Origin: the human T2T-CHM13v2.0 reference genome, Homo sapiens | Assembly (NCBI RefSeq): GCF_009914755.1 | Contig: NC_060932.1 | Strand: one strand, 5' to 3' | DNA: 64,000 nt | Shown: positions 40,881 to 55,402 of the stretch, piece by piece | Layout of the letters: each line of letters opens with the position of its first letter | How positions within the stretch are numbered: the first letter of the stretch is position 1 | The notes under the pieces: generated by a model | Seen by the model: only the letters and a program-made list of their open reading frames with translations | What the model was told of the DNA's origin: nothing | The model's database searches: none | Program-made: the position numbers and the translations under genes

Positions 40881-42899
40881 TACTCATCCTCTTTGTCTTC
40901 CACTGCAAATTTTGAGCAGCTTATAATTAATTAAGGGGAAATAATTCCAGGTAGGAAAGCTGTTTCATCATGTAGCAATATGTCAACCTTTACAGGCACT
41001 GAAAAGAAGCCTAACAGAAAGGAGCATCCTTCTCTTAAAGCCTTCCCTTGAGTAATCAATTCCAGTTACTTGGGCCAGTTTTCAAGTGATTTACAAAGTT
41101 GGTAAAATAGAAGTTTACCTTACTTTTTTTACCTTTCCCTTTCACCACTTCACTCTGATCTTCTCTTTTTCTGCTTTTCCTGCTCATGTTTTGGCTCATC
41201 TAAAATCTGAGTGTACCTTAGCCCAGTTTATATACCACCTAAAAAATGAATGGACTGTAGTAAGATGTTTGCCTGGCATCTTGTCAGGGCATTTGGTAGT
41301 ACTGCCTTGAAGTTGTTCCACCTGCTGAGTCACTGGCACTACTTCCTGCTACAAGCTGTGGTTTCCATAGTGATGTTTCAGTGACTTTCACACAATAGAA
41401 CCTGACTGGTTAAAGACCTGAGCTGTTTTCTATAATCAAGTCTTTTACTCATCTAGAAATGGGAGCATGGTTTTGATCATTTTGAAATGCAACTTTATGA
41501 GTAAAAATCTTACAGAATAAAATGCACAGGTATGTTTTAAGGACTGAGGTTGTTAGGGTAGAATCCTGAGGAAGAAAATAAGGATGGTGGCAACAGGAAA
41601 GGGTTACTTACAGAGATAAAGAAACATAAGTAAATATAAAGGATTTACAGTAGCCCTTCAGGTAAGAAAAGTTATATCAAATGCCTTGTTATTAAGTCTT
41701 GCCACTTGGTCACTGTTTTGACCCTTCTCTTTGATGGACCCAGAGAAAGCAGGTTGCTATGCAATCTGTTCTTTTATATTCCCCATTCATCATCATATTT
41801 TTAGAGAAAAGGAGGGGGAAAGACTTAAGGGTTATCATGGGCAAGAAGAGTTAATCAGGAAATCAAGACATCTTGTTCTTAGGGAACATTCGTGGTCAGC
41901 TTGAATGTTTGAGCAATAAATTCAAAATTGATTGCTACCCAGTGAACATCGGTAATTCATACAGGGCCTTAAAGTCCCATATTAGAAAATACCAAATCAG
42001 TACTTAATTCGAGGATTTTGAAACATGGATCAGTGTTTTCCAGTTTTGGGGTATTGTGACACTCCTAGTAGTGCTAATGGTGCATACATTTTAAAGTAAA
42101 CATTGTTTGCTTTGATTCCCTTCCCTTAAAATTATTTAAATAGATTAAGTCAGGGCCAAGAACCTGGATGAATTAATGATTTATTGAATGAGCATTTTTT
42201 CATTTAGTCAACATGTATTGAGTCCCAGCTAGGTGTGTATGTTTTTTTAAGTCAAAGGCAATACCAGCTTCGTGGCCAGATGTCTTCACAAGCACTGAAG
42301 CCAGTATCCAGAAATGAGCTCATTATTTTGCTCCAGCCCCTAAATTTCATCTCCTATGTTCCCTGTCTCTGCATGACATACCATCCACAGGGATAGCCAA
42401 GACAGAAACCTGGGTGTAAGGGCACAAGTTTTATTAAATTAATACTATTAACAATAGCAGCTGATGTTTATTGGACATCTACAACACTGCAGATGCTTTA
42501 CATGCACTTAATTTAATTCTAAGAACCACAAAAGGAAGGTCCTATTATAATCCATATTTAGTCTCAGTACTGTGCACTGAATCTATAAAAGATTCTAAAA
42601 GAGCTCAGTCTCAAAGGAAATAAACATGAAAACAAGTAATTGCAGCACATTATGATGTCTTAGCAGGATACTATAGTAGTGCCCAAGAGGAAAGCCTGAC
42701 TTCCTGCTGGGGAAAGAAGCCCTTCAGAGGTAAATGGCATTTATCAAACACCGTTTGATTCTGGGATATTGCATGAGTGAGTAGAAATACAGTAGGGCTG
42801 TTTTCAAAATCTGTGATCCATCATTCAGATATGGCACTGTTAATGAAAGAAAATTCCAGCAATCTGTATCAGAAAGTCATTATCTTAGGTCAAATAATA

Positions 42900-43148
42900 C
42901 ACATTTGTCCCTTGTATACATGGGGGATGGGTTCCAGGACCCTACAACCCTGTCCTGCACATACCAAAATCCATACATTTTTAAGTCCCCAAAGTCAGTT
43001 CTGTGGAACCCCTGGGTATGAGAAAGTTGGGCCTTTGTATATGCATGTTTCGCATCCCATGAATACTGTGTTTTTTATCTGTTTGAAAAAAATTTCTGCA
43101 TGAGTAGAGCTGTGCAGTTCAAATCCATGTCATTTAAGGGTCAACTAT
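42900..43148 (+). mobile_element. MER8-like Tigger MITE
   Basis: gggggatgggttccaggaccc...ataccaaaatcc...tttcgcatcccatgaatactgt...gcagttcaaa...aagggtcaact. Confidence 0.82.
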
Positions 43149-46059
43149 AAGATTTGGGCTAATATTCTCCAGAGAGATAAGCGACTTATGGGATAGAAGC
43201 TTCATTAGGGTACTTAAGATTAATGGATCAGAAAGCACAAAATATAGATCTAGGGGGTCTTAGGGAAGAGGAAAAAAAGGGCAAGTATTAGGTAAAAATG
43301 AAGGTGGGTGTGAGAAATGGAGGCACGGAGCCAGAGCTGAGTGTGTTGCAAATCCTGTGGATGGATGGGCCCATGGCAAGATCAGCCAGCAGCGACAGAA
43401 GTAGGCTTACAGCAGGTGCACACACATGCCCGTGCATACTTAAAGGAACAGAGGGCAAGCCAGCAGCAAAATATATACAATACACACACACACACAATCT
43501 TCTGCTCTTTACCCTCCATAATTCATCCACCCAAGGAGAAAATCAGTTTTATCTGTAGGGCCAGCTTTAAAAATAGGCCTGGATGATTTTATGATTCTGT
43601 CTTCTGCCTTCAGTGAATAAAACATCTTTGCTGCAACTGAACACAAAGATTAAAAATACAATGGTTAGTTGAGTAAATAGTTTTCTTGTAGACTGGGGAT
43701 CATTTTGTTACAGGGAATGATATTTTCCTCAAGGCATTTCAAGCAGTTTGTGAGCAGGAATCTCACACAGAAACCCAAGTACAGGAACCCCAATACAGCT
43801 GGGCCAGACATCCAGGACTCTGGGGCTGGACAGTAGATAGCCACAAAAATGAGACTTTCTGTGCCGCTATTCTGTACGTTTTCTACTAATTATCTTGTCC
43901 TTGCTCCCAATTTCTACTCTTCCATAGCTTCAGCTCTTCATGTCCCAAAATGGCTGCCCCAGACTGACTTGACATGACTTTGCAGTTCCAGTGCCCCATC
44001 AATTATCCACTTACGTCTGTCTTTCAGTTTCAGTTCCTAAGAGAAGAAAACTTAGCTAGAAACGTGTATTTAGGGGCAGGGTCTTTTGTAGCAGTGTTCC
44101 ATCAGAGGTCCTGGTTAGCGGCTTTCAGATGTCTACCTTTGACAGCTGTCTTAGCTTGGGCTAGAAGTAGGGGGTCTTCAAAATGAGCTGTGGGTAGGCA
44201 AGCCTATAAAATGCTCAGTACATATCAGTTAATCATCAAAATAAATAGCAATACCAAATCAGTATTTTCACATGGGGAGGGAGGTGAAGAAACTAAGAAG
44301 AAAGTAGCACAGGTGGCCCCGAGTCAATAAAGGGCACTGGAAGAGGGGCAAATCTTAACTTTATTTCCACTGCCTGTTTTCCTAGATCCATAATCCTAGG
44401 CTTTCTGACATACACCCCAAAAAACAGCTCTTAGGCTCAGTCTTGCCTCTGGTGCTACTGAATGAAATAAGAAGTATAATGAGGGCTTGGAATCCAGTTA
44501 AGCTCCCTAGACCCTCAGTGTCTCCCAGGTCTGGGTGTAGACCCCAATTGCCATCTTTTCTCCAAGTGGCTCCACCCTGAGCCCCTGTGTTGAGTAGTGT
44601 CATGGAACCCTGACTAGCTCCTACCAAATCTGCTTCCTCATGGCTGCCAGCCATGCCTGGCTTATTACTAGCATAATGGACACTTTGGTATATGTCTTTC
44701 CTGGTTCCTAAATTGAACTACCACACAGAAACCCTCCCTCTGTGCTCTGGCCAACCACCAATGAACCCCTGAATTCTGCCCAAACTTGCAAAACCACACT
44801 GCTGAGAGTACTGCAGGCATTCCCAGTAAATGCAACCCTTAATTGGCCAAGCAAGAGCTGAGGTCTTAGCATGCATTGCATCTGAGAAGAACACAAATTT
44901 TGCAGACTTCATAATTATCTCAAAGGGAATTTTATCTTCACTTTAGCAGGGATGAAATAGAAGCTTTATATAGAAGTGTTGCTCTCCAGCTAACACATTC
45001 AGGAAGCCTTGCTTTGCATCATTTATGAAGGTTTTTGTTGGTTTTAACACCTTGAACTTCCTTATGAAGATACTTGTTTCCCTCAAGGACTTCTTAATCA
45101 AAACATCACACAAAAGTTCCCTTAAACAATTAGAATTGGGAGGAAGATAAGCCCAAATATTGCGTTTGGCATGATAATACATGTTCCTCAAAGCTACTCT
45201 CAGTATTTCTAATTTTAATTGTAAAATTCACTTGGATTTACATGTGTTATCACGGCATATAGAATCCCAAATATAAGAGTTTCAAGCTCGAATATAAGTA
45301 TTAAGTAATTAGAACAAATATATTTGAGTTTAGTTTCAACTCTATAAGAAAATAGGTCAGGAAATTAATTTGTAAAAAGCAATCTTGTTAATTAGATTTC
45401 TTTCCAGGTGAAATATGAAGCTTTGAATAGCATTATCCAATCTGATTTATAATGAATGAATTCAATTTCAGCTGTAACAAGTTTCCTATTTATCCATCTG
45501 GGACTTTCAAATCACTATGATTCATTTTATGAGAAAAAAATGTGAAATATTTTCTAGAGGAAATACATATCTTAAAATACTTTTACTAATCATGTTTTGC
45601 TTAAGTTAGAGTAAATAAGGTAGAAGAAATTAATTGCTCCAAATCTGTTGGTATTCTATAATAATCAATTATGTCTCTAGTAAGTGCTTGTAGGGCAAAA
45701 CACCTCTGAAATTCAGTCATGTCTTATGTCAAATGGGTGTATGAAGGTGGGCACACCCACGTCTTTAGAGCTGAGGATTTCTAATGAGACAATGCTGTGC
45801 CCTAGGCAAGTAGCAATCTTGACAAAGATATCTGCTTCAAGATCTAAGAAAGTCAAGGGTAGGCCTGAGTGGTGTTTGTTATTTGAGTTGATCAGTGGAG
45901 GTAACTCATGGGCAGAGCTCTTTTGCTGCCCTTAAAAACATTTCTGAAATCCTTGGCTGAAATTCTACCCCTTTATTACCATAATACTTTTATAAATTAT
46001 CATAAGCAGTGTGAATGAACATTTGTCCTTTCCCTGGCTGCACAGCATCTATTTTGATG

Positions 46060-46445
46060 GAATCCGTACTATGTAATTCTTGGAAATGATGGAGCCAGAG
46101 ACTTCCTTTCCCCACTCCCTTAGGGGCAAAGCCAATTGGATGTTCCTGCCCAGGACTTTGCATCTGGGGTTAGTGAAGCCAGTGTGCAGAGACAGCTTTG
46201 AAGTGACAGGGAGGTTCATCTAGTTACAGCAGTGGCAGTCATGTTCATTGAGACATCCCAAACAGACCATTCCTGCAGTAGGACCTTGGCCTGGTTCCTT
46301 CTCCCTAACCTTCCCTGGCCCCTATCACATTTCTAGCCTTCAAATCCAGCCTTCCTGTCCAATCTGTGAGCCATCCTATACCTTTGCAACAAATTCCTTT
46401 TCTACTGAAGTTAGCAAAAGTCAGTTTCTGATGCTGTAACCTAGA
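46060..46445 (+). mobile_element. Old ERVL-group LTR (LTR33-like)
   Basis: aaattccttttctactgaagttagcaaaagtcagtttctgatgctgtaacc resembles an LTR 3' end. Confidence 0.5.
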
Positions 46446-46711
46446 TGTGTATAGTCCTTGGCCAATTAACTAGAAACCTACCTTTTAGAAGTTACATTAG
46501 AGAGGGTTCTAACTAATTAGCTTTTCTTAAGTAAATCTTGCCTTCCTAAGAATTATTTTTCTTAAAAAAAAAATTGGTGGGGAATGCTGCAAAGAAGGTA
46601 AGCCCTGTACTATCTTGATCTGAGTATTTTGCATTTGAGCTGCTGCTTCTGGTTTGGATAGGAATTTTTTTCCTCCTATTGGGGCTGTACATTTCCTTCT
46701 CTCTCTCTCTG

Positions 46712-46713
<2 letters not shown>

Positions 46714-46755
<42 letters not shown>
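46714..46755. repeat. Pure poly(T) run, 42 nt
   Basis: Counted directly; preceded by a (CT)n tract. Confidence 0.95.
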
Positions 46756-46756
<1 letters not shown>

Positions 46757-49239
46757 GTAACTGTGTCTTGTTCTTCCCAAGACCATTTTTTTTTCTCAAC
46801 TCCTGCCCCTTCCCACATTCCTACCACTGAATTCAAATCCTGACTTTGCCAATGACAAGGAGTGTAACTTTGAGTAGATTGCTCCACCTCTAGTCATGAC
46901 AGAGTTTCCTCATTTGTAAGACAGTAGAAATACTTACCTTAAAGGGCTGTTAGAATTAAATGAAGTAATATATGTCAAACAGAACAGCACCTGTATATAA
47001 TACATGCTATGCAAGTATTTGCTATTATCATTTTGAACACAGACTCTGTGCTACATAGACTAGCAAAGACTTCTATGACGGTAGGGCTTATGGTGGCCTT
47101 GTTTATTTTGATTTGCTCAATGACTAGCACAGTGCCTTGCATTAAATAGTTGTACATTAAATATTTGTAGCAGGAATACAGAATGAGTGAATGAATGGTC
47201 ATCATTCATTAAATATCATCATAATGGATAATAGCAGAAAAGATACCTAACCCTTATTAAGAAATTTCCATAAACCTCCTGTCCTTATCTGAAAAATGAG
47301 GGAAATAATAGCTTCTTTACAGGACTGTTATGAGATTTCAGTGACAATAAAGTATGTAAACTACTATACCAGTGCCCAGCACACTAAGCTCAACAATCAC
47401 GGGCTTTTCTCTCTGGACTCAAAAGTTAGTAGGTCTAACTCTTTCCCTGGGTTCCAATATTAGGTTCTCAGTTTGGCGTCCTTGGCTGTCCCCTTTATTA
47501 TGGCATTTGTGACAAGATGATCTGTCTTCTCAACCTCCTATTGTTGTTATAAAATCTCTGTGAAAGGCAGCAGCCTCCTCTGCCTTCCATATTAACCAGC
47601 ACTTTCCCTGTCCAGAAGTTATTCCATCTTACGGATATTGAGAAGATAAATGGAAGTGATTAGAATGTACTTTCCAAACATAAAACATTGTACTGTAGGA
47701 GTTTGTCAAAGGGGATTAATACTACCACATATCTGTAGAAGAACTTTATGAAGACCCTGTGTATCTCTCAACCTTAATGACTAAGATTGTAGATATGATA
47801 GAAATCTGTAAATAGCATGGAAAAGCAAATTTATTGAAGTCTAGGACAACTGCATTACCCAGCTGTACATAGTGTGTTCTTTCTTCAGAGATTGCAATAA
47901 ATGAAAAAGATGGTTGCCATAGAGATAAACTGTGCCCTTTGGCTAGCTGATTAGAAGACCATTTCAACCTACTATAAGAGAATATATTTTGCCTGTAAGT
48001 GGTATTTACAGATAATTTCTATCACAGTTGTAACCCAAGTTTTTAAAGCTGAAATGTTAAACCTATAAATGTTGAATTCCATAAAGGCTTTTGTTCCTTT
48101 AGTAAAACTTATTTTAACATTTATGTGCTTTTTGCCTTGGAAAATGTGTTTTTAAAGTTCTTCCCCCTAGGATACTATAAAAGTCTTCCTTGAAAGCTAC
48201 TCTACCATATAGTTGGTTTCATTTTCTTTAAAGCTAATATTTTATTTTTTGAATCATTTGTCAGAGGCAATATGCAGTATCACAAAAGCTGCACCAGCAC
48301 AGGAAATGCTTATGAAACATGGAAAACCCATTTAATAATAACTCATAGTAATCAGTTAGCACAAAGATTTGTGAATGGTAATATTCAGATCCTTATGTAG
48401 TCATTTAATCTGTTCTTCAAAATTCAGAAAGTAATTACAAATACACAGCTGGGAAAATCTGCCAGTTGATGCAAGCATTTGCTGCAGGGAGAAAATTTGT
48501 CAAGGTTAAGCTTATTTTGTCTGGTCGGGTAAGATAGGTTCTGTGGATAACAAAGAGGAAGCTGGATTATTTTATAAATTGAATGAATTTTATGTCATAA
48601 ATCTGACCACTGTTCCCTGAAATATTGGTGCATAAATCCAGTTTTTAGGTGTGATAACTTAAAAGAGATTTGTATTCCCCAGGGAAATAATAATTTTCCT
48701 GACATTGGGGATTCAGTCACAACCTTAATTTGCCCAGACCAACGTTTAGAAAATTGCTTTCTTCTCCTATGCTGGTGACTATGTTTATATCACTTTGCAT
48801 GTGTGTGTGTGTGCGTGTATTTAACTGGGCATTTAAAAGTAGGGAAAATAGTAGAGAAAGAGTGTCTTACCAAATATCCTGGATTCCAAATCATGACCCC
48901 TTAAAGTTCTAAATTTAGGTGAGTAAATGGTCATGTAGCTTGTTTCTCATCTCCCCCATCCCCAACCTGCAGTGTCTTTCTCTTAAATGTAGTAAAACCA
49001 AATAGATCAATATACATCAAGATCTTTTAGGACCTGAAAAGTAAGGCCACAAATCATTAAGGGTAGAATGTCAGTTTTCTTTTTTCCTGTGATGTAGTGA
49101 AACTTAAGCCACTACATACTTCCTAGGTTGACAGCTGAAATAAAAATCACAACATTGTTCATGTTCTTGTTCATTAGGCCTAAAATCAGTTATTTTATTT
49201 CTTCGTCTAAGAATCTCTTTTACATTTGTACAAGGAAGA

Positions 49240-49753
49240 GTGTGGGAAATAGTGAAAGCTGGCTAGCCTAAACCCCATTCCCAGCCCTCTTCTCTGTCTG
49301 CAGTCCTCCACTAGAGAGGCTGAAAATGCTGAGTATTTTTTTTCTACCTCCCTTGCACCTAGGGGTGGCCATGTGAACCTGTTCTGGCCAATGTGGCATA
49401 AGCAGAAGTCTACTGTGAGGTTTCTTTTTCTAGGAAAGCATTTCTTTCTTAATAAAGGAACAGATGTTGTTGGTGCTACCTCTTCCCCCTCCACTTCTTT
49501 ATGCTTTAAATGTGAACCTGATACCTGTTACTGTGGTGACCATATTGTGACCATGAGTCCAAAAGAATAAGGTGAAGGATGGTGGAATGAAAAAATAGAA
49601 AAGGCCAGGGTCTTTTAGGACATCATTCACCAGGAGATCCAACCTGCTGTCTCCTGTCTTCTAATTATAAGAGACAAATAAATTACTTTCAGCTTAAGCC
49701 AGTGTTAGTTTGATTTTCTGAATACTTAACAACCAAGAAAACATCCTAATGAC
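49240..49753 (+). mobile_element. MaLR LTR (MLT1-like)
   Basis: cctcccttgcacctaggggtggccatgtga...ttctggccaatg...gcttaagccagtgttagtt...catcctaatgaca. Confidence 0.7.
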
Positions 49754-50634
49754 AAGACTTGTTTTTAAGTTTCAGTCTAAAAGCCACCCCCCACTCCAAA
49801 GGGTAAGTGAATACTTTCCATTTCATTTCTTATCTATTTTAGGTGAGACTGTTCTATCTGTAATAATCATTATAACTTTTCTTTGATTCAGTAAGTAAGC
49901 TGGACCTTTCGAAAGAATGAAAAAGAAGTGATAGTTTGGTATTATGCAAACAGTAGTTCATCATCAAGATGTGCAAGTAACACAATTCAGTAATCATCCT
50001 CTGGGTGATAATAACTTTTAACCAGTTTGGAAATGAGGCCGTTTACAGACCATGAAGGGGCAGGGTTCAGGTGGCTTATCATATCAAGGCATTTTCTTTG
50101 GAAGGTAATGAAACTGACTTCTATAAAGCGGAAAGTACATCCTCTCTGTAAGGATTCTTAATTCTTCTACCTCGATTTTGTATTGAATAGATACAAAATA
50201 GAACTCGCTCTCTTGACAGGCTCCTCTGTTTTTAGTAGAATGAGGTACAACTCTTCCAAAGCACCTTTTTTGTGGACTTTGTCTGGTCCTAATAAGTACT
50301 CCACAGAATAGTAGATGTACTTCTATAGTTTCTAAGCTATCAGCTGCAATGCCATGTATCTATCAGCTTTGTCATCTGACACTATCAAGTTCCCCATGAT
50401 CTCACAGTCACTTCAGATAGCCAGTCTAGTTCGTTAATGCCACCTGTTCTGAACCAATTCTCCATCAATTGTTCGCTGATTCTGGCTTCAAATTTCCACA
50501 TCAGATCATTCAATAACAACCGCCAACTGCTTTTTGTTTTAAATTGAGGTTAAATTCACGTAACATAAAATTGTCCAGTTTAAAGTATACAATTCAGTGA
50601 CATTTCATATATTCACAATGTTCTACAACCACTA

Positions 50635-51143
<509 letters not shown>

Positions 51144-51657
51144 TCATATATGTGAACTTTTGTGTTTGGCTTCTACTTAGCATACTGTTTTCGAGGTTCA
51201 TCCATGTCATAGCATATATCAGTACTTCGTTTCTTTTTATGGCTGAATAATATTCCATTGTGTTCATATACCACATTTTGTTTATCCATTCTTTCATTCA
51301 CGGACATCTATGTGGTTTTCACCTTTGAGCCATTGTGACTAAGTGCTGCTGTAGACATTCGTGTACAAGAATTTGAGTACTTATTTTAAATTTTTTTGTC
51401 TATATACCCAGGAATAGAATTGCTGGGTCATAGGGCGATTTTATGTTTAGCCTTTTGAGGAACAACCATACTGTTTGTTGTATGTAAATGCTGTAGCAGC
51501 TGCACCATTTTACATACCCCTAGCAACGTACAAGTGTTCCAATTTGTTCACATCCTTACCAATGCTTATTTTGCTTTTTAAAGAAAATGATAGCCATCCA
51601 AGTAAATATAAAGTTGCATCTCATTGTTGTTTTGACTTGCATTTCCTTAATGAGTAA

Positions 51658-52039
<382 letters not shown>

Positions 52040-53666
52040 TCTTTGTCCATTTTTAAATTGGGTTGTTTGTCTTTCTATTGTTGAGTTATGTATATATTCT
52101 GGAAATAATTCCTTTGTCAGATATACGGTTTGCAAATATGCTCTCCTATTATATGAGCTGTCTTTTCAATTTCTTGATAATGTCCCTTGATGCTCAAAAG
52201 CTTTAGATTTTGAAAAAGTCCAATTTGGTTTTGTTGTTCATGCTTTTGGTGTCATATCTAAGAATTCATTGCCAAATCCAAGGTCCTAAAGATTTACCAT
52301 TATGTTTTCTTCTAAGAGTTTTATGACATCAAATACTTATGTGAAGTTTTCAGCATGACTAACTGAAATGAAATGTTGAAAAGGAATATAGTTTATGCAC
52401 TAATCTGCTCCAGAGAGCACTTACCTAGTGCCAAAGACTTTTTGTTTTCAGTACTATATAATTAGATGTTGGTCCTGAGTTCTGCTACCTAGACATCACA
52501 TTGTCCTCTTAGCATCTAATTAACAGAAAATGTTAACTGATGAGCTAAGTGAGCAAAAGACAATTTAACAAGAAGGTCAGCATATCCCTTGGACTTGGAA
52601 GATAGACAGATGGTTCAAGGACAAGGTGCCAAGCTTCTTACCAAATGAAGACTTGCAGCACAAACCAGTCTTTGCTGTGTTGAAAATACTTTACCTGCCA
52701 CATAAACTCATTTTATTTCTTAAACAGCTTCATTAGTGAATAGCTTTCATTGAATATCATGACAGAGCCTCCACCAGTAAGATATAAGTGATAGCTTTGA
52801 AATGTAGTAGGACTGCCTTCATAATGATATCCAATAGACAAGGCCAGCCTTTGGAAAATTAGACTAGAGATTAAGTTTGTTTTTAGTATCTATTGTACTT
52901 ACTGAAGTTTCAAAGAAAGCACATCCCTCTAACTAGACTGGGCCCCAAATACAAGTGATATAAATTTTCTTGGTAGAGGAATCATTGACTTTTAGCTTTC
53001 TGGGCTTAAAAACTAGATTTTTTTTTTCACTTCCTACAAAGTGTGCAAGTTTAGGGGGAACACTTTCATTCTAACTTAACTCACAAAAGGATGCTTTATA
53101 AGTCAGGAGGCCAATTTCAGAACTTATAGGAGGCAGAATTTACATCTCCCCAGATGCCAGTATTGGCTATTTGCTACAGCTTCTTTCTCTTAGTGGTAAA
53201 TCCACTTGAGAGAACAAATTGTTGGTGCTGCACTATGGTGAAAACAGTAGAAGGGTGTGTGATGGGTCCAGGTAGGAGGGATCTTCACCTGCCTCTCTTA
53301 ACTCACAGTATGAGTGTACTTGCATAAATATTAGTTGATTTTCCTCAAAGAGGTCTGTCTTTCAATAGGTACCTGTTCATTCCCATATAGCTTTTCTCCT
53401 TTGTAGCCCTGATAGAAGTATATTCAGAGTATCTATCTAGGAGAATCTATCAGAAGACCTGTAGTTTTACCCATATCAGAGAAGATAATGCTTTTCTCTT
53501 AATCTAAAGCCCAGTTACCAAACTGCTGCTCCTCTAGAGGGCTTATACTTCCAGTAATCCAGCAGTTTCAATAACTTAAAATAAGCTCTGGAGCCATCCA
53601 CGTAGGAGGAAGTTAGTGATACTTTATTTTCTCCTGCTTTTTTCTCTCAAAAAAGCAAGATTGAGA

Positions 53667-53977
<311 letters not shown>

Positions 53978-55342
53978 TCAAGTCTGAAGCAAAAGTGAAG
54001 TGAGTCCTAAGTGCATTTAATACTTCCCTTCCTGCACTCCAAACTACAACATTACTGTGGACAAACAATATGTATTTCAGGGTTTCTCAGAATGGGATCT
54101 TGGTATCACCAGTAGTACATAGGTTGATTTTAGCTTTTACCCAGGTGAAGAGCTTTTATTTTTAAAGTTATACATTTATGTTAATGTGTGTTAGCAAAAG
54201 ACCTAACTAGCTTATCAAACTCCTGGTGTCCTAGATATTGTGGCTTAGAATGAAGCTAAAGTGTAAAATTTTTTTTAATTGTTTTAAATAATTATATTAA
54301 GCAGATAAGAATGGTATGAGAATATGGCAAAGATGATGAGGGTAGAACTCAAAGACTAAAATTTGGGAATTTATTTCTCACCTTATATTAGTAGCAAAGT
54401 TTTAGCAGCATTTACACAATGTGTCTTTATAGCTGATTTGACCCATCCAATGAATCTCATTCTATTCCCTATCTCCTACTTTATTTGACTGGTTATACTC
54501 ATAAATGCTTACCCCTCCATCACTTGACATAACAAAGCATCAACTTCATTTGGAAAAATGCTTACTATGGCAACCTCTCCATGGGACATCTTCTCTCAAT
54601 TTTCCTCTTCACTCAAGCATTCAGATTCAGTATTTATCTACAAATGCACTCCCTGTGATTATGTCTCATCCTAACGTTCTCTTATCAGTAGGTCACCCTT
54701 GCCTTTCTCCAGTCTTTCTTTCTGTTCACCCACTCCTGAGCTGCATCTCTCTTGAAAACTTCCATTTGGGAATTTATTTCTCCATCTTGAACTAAATAAA
54801 TGTGCATTATTTTCCTCTCCATGACATTCCTAGGCACTCCTCTTCCTAGTTCTTTCTGCCTACTACAACACTTGATGAAAATAATTGCAACAACAATCGT
54901 TAGATATAATTACTGGCTATTTTTATAAAATTAGATGTAGCTTGCCCTGGTCTATTTTAGGTGTATTCTTACGTAGACATTGACATTGGTCTTCTAAAGT
55001 GAAAGTGCCCTTCCCTCTGGAAAGGCTGGATAAAACTAATATCAATTTGTTTTCTTGCATTTCTTTTCTCCTCCTGTATGGCAGCACAACAGTAATCTGA
55101 GGCATTTGACAACATCACTGAGTACACTACAGCTTTTTGAAAAATCCAGCGACTTCCTTAATTGGACTAAGAGACAGTGGCTCTATTTGAGCTTGTTTAT
55201 AAACCACTTAATGGGAGTTATTTCTGCAGGTGCATCTAATTTTTATTAGTTTTAATATCAAGTTAACTTTTCCTTGATTTTACCCCCAAATTATATATAG
55301 GATATATAATTATATATAGGATAGCTATATCCTATTTGGAGC

Positions 55343-55402
55343 CTTAATGAATTACTACACTCTTAATGAATTACTACACTCTTAATGAATTACTACACTC
55401 TT
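55343..55402. repeat. Perfect 19-bp tandem repeat, three copies (CTTAATGAATTACTACACT)
   Basis: Units start at 55343, 55362 and 55381, followed by a partial CTT. Confidence 0.95.

Noticed and set aside
46527-46887. Poly-lysine ORFs
   Set aside because: Produced by the T42 run read on the minus strand.
55343-55402. CRISPR-like direct repeats
   Set aside because: There are no spacers, the units are contiguous, and the context is eukaryotic. It is a simple minisatellite.
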